4,355 nt of DNA from a virus. Taxonomy: Duplodnaviria; Heunggongvirae; Uroviricota; Caudoviricetes. The notes under the pieces were generated by a model. The model was not told the DNA's origin. It searched no databases and saw only the letters and a list, made by a program, of their open reading frames with translations. The DNA lies in the IMG/VR virus record IMGVR_UViG_2713896780_000016; one strand, 5' to 3'. Below are positions 1 to 4,355 of this stretch, piece after piece; position 1 is the stretch's first letter, and each line of letters opens with the position of its first letter. The translations under genes and the position numbers were made by a program.

Positions 1-722
1 GTTTCAGAGCCAAGTTTTAACGCCTGCTCACGCAGCGCCTTAAACTGCGGGCTGTTTTTGTCGATTCGCGTCAGTGCCTGAACGCGGGACATCTCTTTGC
101 CGAACCCGAGCGCAGGCTGCAAAAAACGCCCGGCAGCATAGCCGCCCGCCGCTGCCGCACCAATTGCCAGCGCACCACCTGTTTTCAGTTTTCCCGCGGT
201 TTCCTGCGCGCGCGAATACCGCTCACGCGCCCGCGTTACACGCGCAAGCGCCTGCCGTTCGCGTTCAAGCTGGTTGTTGTACTGTTCGGTGCGTCTGATG
301 GCCTGCTGGATGGTGTTATCGCTGCCTGTCAGGGAAATGCCGTGGCGTTTCAGCTCTCCGCCAAGCTCCCGCATTTTCTGAATTTCCCGTGTGCGCGATT
401 CATTCAGGCGTTCAAGCCGGGTGCTTAACTGCTGCATCAGCTTTTGTTGTTTTTCGCTGAGCACTGTACCCGTGCGTTGTAACTGATTAAGGGCGTTAAG
501 CTGGCGTCGTGCTTTCACGATACCCGCATCCGCTTTACTGACAGCGTCGCGGGCGCGCTCAAATGATCGCGCCTGACGCTCGAGATTTTTGATCGCCCCC
601 TGCGTTCGCTGGATGGAGTCACCAAACTGCCCCATCAGGCGGCGGGCGTTTTCGGCAGGCCGGGTCAGCCTGTCAACGGCGCTGAAAGCGACCCGGATAT
701 CAAGAGTCTTCATTGTCTGCAT
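1..722 (-). CDS. T: Phage tail tape measure protein (P2 gpT-like), N-terminal part only; the 3' end lies beyond the left edge of the window
   Basis: The minus-strand frame is open from the ATG at 722-720 to the window edge; I checked every in-frame triplet and found no stop. It is not in the supplied ORF track, presumably because no stop lies in the window. Translation begins MQTMKTLDIRVAFSAVDRLTRPAENARRLMGQFGDSIQRTQGAIKNLERQ..., a Q/R/E-rich coiled-coil-like segment, then a Gly/Ala-rich hydrophobic stretch (GGALAIGAAAAGGYAAGRFLQPALGFGKEMSRVQALTRIDKNSPQFKALREQALKLGSE) typical of tape measure N-terminal domains. It sits directly downstream of E/E' as in P2. An alternative start is the ATG at 713-711 (MKTLD...), which has a GCGGGA Shine-Dalgarno about 9 nt upstream. 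Confidence 0.85.
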   Translation of the reverse strand, partial: MQTMKTLDIRVAFSAVDRLTRPAENARRLMGQFGDSIQRTQGAIKNLERQARSFERARDAVSKADAGIVKARRQLNALNQLQRTGTVLSEKQQKLMQQLSTRLERLNESRTREIQKMRELGGELKRHGISLTGSDNTIQQAIRRTEQYNNQLERERQALARVTRARERYSRAQETAGKLKTGGALAIGAAAAGGYAAGRFLQPALGFGKEMSRVQALTRIDKNSPQFKALREQALKLGSE

Positions 723-1330
723 TCCCGCTGCGAAGTGCCGCCCGCTCACGCCAGCTAACCACTTCGCCGGGCGTCATCATGAAGATTTCGGCGGGCGACC
801 AGTTAAAAATGGCGGCAATATCCGCCACAAAGTCTTCTATGTGCTCAAAGCACACAACCGTGATCAGGCTTCCGTCGCCTGTTCGTTCTTCCCGCCAGAG
901 TCCGCACCGCTCAAAAAATTTACGGCAACCACACATAACTGAATAAAGTCACGGGATGCCATTTTTTTGATCGTCACTTCATCCAGTCGCGGTGATGTCA
1001 CGCGTGACAGCAGCGTAAACATGGATTCCGCTTTCAGATTCAGCACATCAGACAGCGACAAATCTCGCAGAGATCCAGCCTGCTCAATAGCCCCGGTGAT
1101 CTCCACATACGTGATTTTTTCGCNNNNNNNNNNNNNNNNNNNNNNNNNNNNNNNNNNNNNNNNNNNNNNNNNNATCCAGCCTGCTCAATAGCCCCGGTGA
1201 TCTCCACATACGTGATTTTTTCGCCGCCTCGCTCAATTGGTTGGGTAAGTTTTACGCCACGCTCACTGGTTTCTTTCACAGTGTCAGTAACTACCGTGTT
1301 TTCGGTATCGATGTTTTTCGTCTCTTTCAT
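700..1330 (-). CDS. Predicted E+E' fusion product (about 176 aa) made by programmed -1 ribosomal frameshift at T TTT TTG; the E' extension overlaps the start of the tape measure gene
   Basis: The minus-strand heptamer TTTTTTG (rc of plus 912-918) lies in the E zero frame as AAT TTT TTG, i.e. X XXY YYZ = T TTT TTG. The -1 frame is open from 948 to the TGA at 702-700 (track ORF 700..936 is the same frame) and reads ...ERCGLWREERTGDGSLITVVCFEHIEDFVADIAAIFNWSPAEIFMMTPGEVVSWRERAALRSGNADNEDS. Its stop lies 23 nt inside the T ORF. Same heptamer and same E/E'/T arrangement as reported for phage P2. Confidence 0.55.
864..1330 (-). CDS. E: Tail assembly chaperone gpE-like (P2 E family); the reading frame is interrupted by an N-run with duplicated flanks, and is intact (about 121 aa) once the duplication is collapsed
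   Basis: ATG at 1330-1328 preceded by AAGGAG (rc of 1338-1343) with a 7-nt spacer. The 5' part reads MKETKNIDTENTVVTDTVKETSERGVKLTQPIERGGEKITYVEITGAIEQAG up to the gap. The same peptide ...EITGAIEQAG continues as SLRDLSLSDVLNLKAESMFTLLSRVTSPRLDEVTIKKMASRDFIQLCVVAVNFLSGADSGGKNEQATEA in the track ORF 864..1106. The two parts are in frame once the 51-bp duplicate plus 50 N (101 nt in total) is removed. Position is immediately after the tube gene and before the tape measure gene, and the pattern (G.LR..SL.DV...L..V..P.L) is as I recall for P2 gpE-type chaperones. Confidence 0.78.
912..918 (-). other. Candidate -1 programmed frameshift slippery heptamer T TTT TTG (recoding signal) near the 3' end of gene E
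   Basis: Plus strand 912-918 is CAAAAAA, so the minus strand is TTTTTTG, phased as T TTT TTG in the E frame. It sits within the 864..948 overlap between the E frame and the open -1 frame. Confidence 0.55.
1073..1123. repeat. 51-bp direct repeat, copy 1, abutting the left side of the N-run (probable unmerged contig-end overlap)
   Basis: atccagcctgctcaatagccccggtgatctccacatacgtgattttttcgc at 1073-1123 is identical to 1174-1224. Copy 1 ends exactly where the N-run begins. Confidence 0.9.
1124..1173. other. Run of 50 N (scaffold gap or masked bases) inside gene E
   Basis: Fifty consecutive n characters; the ORF track shows 17 X codons across it. Confidence 0.99.
1174..1224. repeat. 51-bp direct repeat, copy 2, abutting the right side of the N-run
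   Basis: Identical to 1073-1123 and starts at the first base after the N-run. The offset of 101 nt is not a multiple of 3, which explains the apparent frame break in E. Confidence 0.9.
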
Positions 1331-1352
1331 CAGGAAACTCCTTTCAGTCAGA

Positions 1353-1371
1353 GGCGACGCACTGCGCCGCC
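1353..1371 (-). promoter_or_regulatory. GC-rich RNA hairpin (8-bp stem, 3-nt loop) in the 54-nt tube-E intergenic spacer; possible attenuator or mRNA-stability element, not a canonical intrinsic terminator
   Basis: Minus-strand RNA GGCGGCGC-AGU-GCGUCGCC: seven Watson-Crick pairs plus one G-U wobble. No U-tract follows; downstream is UCUGACUGAAAGGAG, then the E start. Confidence 0.3.
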
Positions 1372-1384
1372 TGCATATTACTTA

Positions 1385-1897
1385 TCAGCCAAGCCCGAGC
1401 GCGGAACGGATGCGATCGGGCACAATGTCCTTGCCGTCCTTCCGGTAAATGAAGTTCAGCAGGTCAATCTCCCACAACGGGCGATCGTTAACACTCAGCT
1501 TGTAGTAGGTGTTTTTAATGGCGTAAGTGTGTGATGTGGCTTCGCCCTGTTTGGCTTCCCCCATATCAATTTCCGTCACACGTCCGCGCATTTCGACTTC
1601 ATACAGGTCGCTTTCTGCATCGGTGTAGTATTCACCCGCAAAACGCAGCAGCGTGCCGTCAATCGTGCCGCCATACTTAAGGAACAGCTCACGAACTGCG
1701 CCCCCCATGACAAAGCTCGCATCAAGCGCGGAGTCGTCCAGACCGAGATCAATACTTACCGCACCCATCATGCCACCACCCCGGTAGCTGTCGGTTTTGC
1801 GCGTCAGCTTAGGCAGAGTGACGGACGTCACCTTACCCACTTCGTTTTCACCATCCACAAACAGCGTAAAAAAGCGAAGATGTTTTGGTACAGCCAT
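1385..1897 (-). CDS. FII: Major tail tube protein (P2 FII-like), 170 aa
   Basis: Track ORF MAVPKHLRFFTLFVDGENEVGKVTSVTLPKLTRKTDSYRGGGMMGAVSIDLGLDDSALD... The size (~170 aa) and the TLPKLTRK..YRG.GM and GR..EIDMGE.KQGE motifs match the P2 FII tube family as I recall it. GGGAGG Shine-Dalgarno (rc of 1904-1909) 6 nt upstream of the ATG. The start overlaps the sheath stop (ATGA), directly downstream of the sheath gene. Confidence 0.9.
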   Translation of the reverse strand: MAVPKHLRFFTLFVDGENEVGKVTSVTLPKLTRKTDSYRGGGMMGAVSIDLGLDDSALDASFVMGGAVRELFLKYGGTIDGTLLRFAGEYYTDAESDLYEVEMRGRVTEIDMGEAKQGEATSHTYAIKNTYYKLSVNDRPLWEIDLLNFIYRKDGKDIVPDRIRSALGLG

Positions 1898-3081
1898 CAG
1901 GCACCTCCCAGCACCGCAAATGCGGGACCAAAGAATTCATCAGTAAACGACTGGTAAAGCTCCATGTCTTCCAGCGGGGGAACAGGCGTATATTTGTAGC
2001 GAATACGCACGCGCCCCTGACGTAAATTCGTGGTGCCGTTATCCACCACGTCATACCAGCACGACGCCCCAATCAGTTTCCCGGCAGTAACCAGTGAATC
2101 CAGTTTTGCCCTGATGGCACTGATAACATCTTTCACGTTCGCAGGCGTCAGTGGACTGTCGATGGTTTCAAACTGCGCTTCCGCAATTGAATCAGCCAGC
2201 ACCTGTGCGGTTCGGGTATACACCTCAAAGATGTAGGCGTTCGTTTCCGGTGTGCGGTTGCCCCAGAAGCGGAACCCGTTGCGACGAATAATGGTCGTGA
2301 TTTCTTTGTTGTTGAGGCTGTTGGCATCACTGTCTTCGGCCTGCAACGACCAGAACACATGCCTCGACATCCCCAGCACATTTTTAACCGGAACGTTGGA
2401 CAGCGATTTGTGCCAGCCCTGCTCATGGTCAATGTACGCACGAAGGCCGCACGCATAGGCAGGCGCGGGGAACGTTTCGTTTTTGCCACTTTTCGGGTTG
2501 TAGGCGATGAAGTCCGGCCATAAGAGCATCACCTCACGTTCGTTGAATTTCTGGCGGTAGGTAATCGCCTCAGCCATCGTGTTACAGCCGTGACATGAGG
2601 CATACACAAACGCGCGCAGTTTACCCGCAATCACGCACAGGGATTTTGTTACCGCCTCCGTGTCCAGCTCCGGCGCGGCCAGAATACGCGGACGGTATCC
2701 GATGCTTTCATCCTGCTCTGCAACAAGCAGCGCATACATCCCCGTATAGCTGCCGTCAGATTCAGAACCACCGATAACCAGTTGATCCTGCGTTTTTCCG
2801 TCTTCTTCTTTGTGTTCAGCCACGCGAACGACGATCACCTTTGTGCTCACCTGGTCTGCGATGGCCTTAAGCGCACGATAAAGCGTCCCCGTTGTTCCGC
2901 ATTTTCCCAGCACGTCATTGACGCGGGTCAGCAGTGTGGGCTTGTTCAGCGGGAACAGCTCCGCATCCGCATCATCCGCCGTTGCCACGATACCGATAAC
3001 ACTGGAATCAACATCATTAATCGCTGTTACCAGGTCGGTACTTTCCGTAACACGGGCACCATGAAAACGAGTTTCACTCAT
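1897..3081 (-). CDS. FI: Contractile tail sheath protein (P2 FI-like), 394 aa
   Basis: Track ORF MSETRFHGARVTESTDLVTAINDVDSSVIGIVATADDADAELFPLNKPTLLTRVNDVLGKCGTTGTLYRALKAIADQ... The DADAE.FPLNKP, LRAF.Y, WPDF, GWHK.LSNV, IRR.GFRFWGNRT, YTRTAQV and YTPVPPLE blocks and the ~395 aa length match P2-type sheath proteins as I recall them. AAGGGG Shine-Dalgarno (rc of 3090-3095) 8 nt upstream of the ATG at 3081. Confidence 0.93.
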   Translation of the reverse strand: MSETRFHGARVTESTDLVTAINDVDSSVIGIVATADDADAELFPLNKPTLLTRVNDVLGKCGTTGTLYRALKAIADQVSTKVIVVRVAEHKEEDGKTQDQLVIGGSESDGSYTGMYALLVAEQDESIGYRPRILAAPELDTEAVTKSLCVIAGKLRAFVYASCHGCNTMAEAITYRQKFNEREVMLLWPDFIAYNPKSGKNETFPAPAYACGLRAYIDHEQGWHKSLSNVPVKNVLGMSRHVFWSLQAEDSDANSLNNKEITTIIRRNGFRFWGNRTPETNAYIFEVYTRTAQVLADSIAEAQFETIDSPLTPANVKDVISAIRAKLDSLVTAGKLIGASCWYDVVDNGTTNLRQGRVRIRYKYTPVPPLEDMELYQSFTDEFFGPAFAVLGGA

Positions 3082-3237
3082 AGCTTCAGCCCCTTGTATC
3101 CGTTAAATGATTCGGCAACAATCATCACCCACCACGCGCGTAATCTCACCCCTGCGCCGTTCTCCCGCCACGGCGACAACAAAAAGCAGTAACCCCCTCC
3201 GCACGCACATGCGACCATGCCGCACAGGGAGGGAAAG

Positions 3238-4347
3238 ATGACCGACACCACCATGCAATTGCTCAGTCAGAGCACAGACCCCGTGAAAATGCCGGATTTT
3301 GATATTCTCGCGGAGGGGAAAACGCTGTCCGGCGTGGCAGAGCGCCTGATGAGTCTGTCACTGACCGACAACCGGGGATTTGAAGCGGACCAGCTCACCA
3401 TCACGCTGGATGATGCGGATGGTCAGTTGCAGCTACCGCCACGGGGCGCGCGCCTGACGGTTCTCATTGGCTGGAAAGGAGAACCGCTGACAGAAAAAGG
3501 CACTTACATTGTTGATGAAATCGCTCACGAAGGTCCGCCGGACAGGCTGACTGTTTCAGCCAGAAGCGCAGATTTTCGGGATGAATTTAACGTTAAACGT
3601 GAAGTGTCCTGGCATGATGTGACCGTTGAGCGCGTGGTATCTGCTATCGCTCACCGGTACGGCCTGAAACCGCAAATCAGCGAAATGCTGATGGATATCG
3701 AAATCGACCACGCCGACCAGACCGAAGAAAGCGACATGTCCTTCCTTACGCGCATGGCGGAAATGCTGGGCGCAATCACCACGGTAAAAAGCGGTAATCT
3801 GTTATTCATCATGCCAGGCGGTGGCGTGAACGCACAGGGAAAACCATTGCCATCGTTTGCCATCACACGCAGCAGCGGCGATCGCCATCAGTTTCGCATT
3901 GCTGACCGCGAGGCGTATACGGGTGTACGCGCCTACTGGCTTGATCTTAATTACGGGAAAAAGAAAAAAGTCAGCGTGAAACGCCGCAAACCGCCAAAAC
4001 CCAAAAAGGAGAAAAGCAGCAGCCGTGAAGGTGATTATATGGAAGGTGCGGAAGGCAATGTGTTTGTGTTACGCAAGACTTATCAGAACGAGCAGGCAGC
4101 AAGACGCGCAGCGGCGGCAAAGTGGCAGCAGCTACAACGCGGAGCCGCATCATTTTCCATCACGCTGGCACGTGGACGTGCAGAACTCTACCCCGAAATG
4201 CATGGTACGGTAACAGGATTTAAAAGCGAGATTGATAATCAGGACTGGATTATTGCAAAAGCCGAGCACACCATTGATAACAGCGGCTTTACCACGCAGC
4301 TTGAGCTTGAGGCAAAAATCCCGGAATGGATAGCGGAAACAGAGTGA
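3238..4347 (+). CDS. D: Phage late control gene D protein (P2 gpD-like tail/baseplate hub-type protein), about 369 aa
   Basis: Track ORF 3217..4347. I prefer the internal ATG at 3238 because GGAGG (3228-3232) lies 5 nt upstream, whereas the ATG at 3217 has no Shine-Dalgarno. The protein (MTDTTMQLL...LTITLDDADGQLQLPPRGARLTVLIGWKGE...EGPPDRLTVSARSADFR...DQTEESDMSFLTRMAEMLGA...) has the size and conserved blocks I associate with the gpD family. Stop TGA at 4345-4347. Confidence 0.88.
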   Translation: MTDTTMQLLSQSTDPVKMPDFDILAEGKTLSGVAERLMSLSLTDNRGFEADQLTITLDDADGQLQLPPRGARLTVLIGWKGEPLTEKGTYIVDEIAHEGPPDRLTVSARSADFRDEFNVKREVSWHDVTVERVVSAIAHRYGLKPQISEMLMDIEIDHADQTEESDMSFLTRMAEMLGAITTVKSGNLLFIMPGGGVNAQGKPLPSFAITRSSGDRHQFRIADREAYTGVRAYWLDLNYGKKKKVSVKRRKPPKPKKEKSSSREGDYMEGAEGNVFVLRKTYQNEQAARRAAAAKWQQLQRGAASFSITLARGRAELYPEMHGTVTGFKSEIDNQDWIIAKAEHTIDNSGFTTQLELEAKIPEWIAETE

Positions 4348-4355
4348 GCAACTTA

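Noticed and set aside
74-946. Plus-strand track ORFs 74..298, 589..942 and 713..946
   Set aside because: They lie antisense to the strongly supported tape measure and E' coding frames, have no ribosome-binding sites, and their products are low-complexity with Arg/Ala/Pro bias typical of antisense reads through GC-rich coding DNA.
962-968. Minus-strand A7 run (ATC AAA AAA ATG) as an alternative frameshift site in E
   Set aside because: The -1 frame from this site reaches TGA at 951-949 after only five codons, so it cannot produce an E' extension. The T TTT TTG site at 918-912 opens into the long -1 frame.
967-1330. X-containing track ORFs 967..1191 (+) and 1040..1330 (-) spanning the N-run
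   Set aside because: They are artefacts of the gap and duplication. The minus-strand ORF after the Xs is out of frame only because the duplicated segment adds 101 nt. The true product is the collapsed E ORF.
1197-1534. Plus-strand track ORFs 1197..1448 and 1241..1534
   Set aside because: They are antisense to E, the intergenic hairpin and the tube gene 3' end. No Shine-Dalgarno and no recognisable domain features.
1848-3192. Track ORFs nested in or antisense to the sheath gene (1848..2072 -, 2030..2236 +, 2148..2489 -, 2252..2458 +, 2595..2777 +, 2782..3192 +)
   Set aside because: All overlap the long, well-supported FI frame in alternative or antisense frames, and their translations are Cys/Arg/Ser-rich nonsense typical of off-frame reads.
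3198-3225. Short direct repeats CCGCAC (3198-3203 and 3220-3225) and CATGC (3208-3212 and 3216-3220) upstream of D as an operator
   Set aside because: They are too short (5-6 bp) to separate from chance in GC-rich DNA, and no dyad symmetry or conservation could be assessed. Noted only as a place to look if a promoter for D is mapped.
3217-3237. ATG at 3217 as the D start codon (as in the track)
   Set aside because: There is no Shine-Dalgarno upstream of 3217, whereas GGAGG sits 5 nt upstream of the ATG at 3238. The seven extra codons (MPHREGK) are most likely 5' UTR containing the ribosome-binding site.
3955-3969. A-rich codons (GGG AAA AAG AAA AAA GTC) in D as a programmed frameshift site
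   Set aside because: No heptamer is phased as X XXY YYZ here (the preceding codons end in G), and neither alternative frame opens into a long ORF. More simply explained as lysine codons.
3651-4213. Track ORFs 3651..3866 (-), 3971..4153 (-) and 4025..4213 (+) inside the D gene
   Set aside because: They are overlapping or off-frame ORFs within the gpD coding sequence. The 4025..4213 ORF is simply a +1 read of the lysine-rich region.
1-4355. Search for tRNA, CRISPR repeats, IS inverted repeats, att sites and defence-system cargo
   Set aside because: I saw no cloverleaf-like conserved tRNA motifs, no regularly spaced repeats and no terminal inverted repeats. Apart from the 156-bp FI-D spacer and the 54-bp FII-E spacer, the window is filled by the five tail genes, leaving no room for an unannotated gene cassette.

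Overview
This window is a P2-like myovirus (prophage or tailocin-type) tail gene module with enterobacterial-like composition. On the minus strand, in transcription order (descending coordinates), it carries the tail sheath (FI-like, 3081..1897), tail tube (FII-like, 1897..1385), the small tail-assembly chaperone E with a P2-type -1 frameshift extension E' (1330..700), and the N-terminal ~240 codons of the tape measure protein (722..1, running off the left edge). On the plus strand, divergent from the sheath gene across a 156-bp spacer, is a gpD-like 'late control D' tail protein gene (3238..4347). Gene E is interrupted by a 50-nt N-run (1124..1173) flanked by an exact 51-bp direct duplication, which looks like an unmerged scaffold join and not biology. 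I see no tRNA, rRNA, CRISPR array, IS element or obvious defence cargo, and no convincing novel system. The points worth a second look are the D/FI divergent arrangement (not the canonical FI-FII-E-T-U-D collinear order), the conserved T TTT TTG recoding site, the assembly artefact, a lysine-rich insert in gpD and a GC-rich hairpin between tube and E. All homology calls come from reading the translated ORFs and recalled family features; no database search was run.
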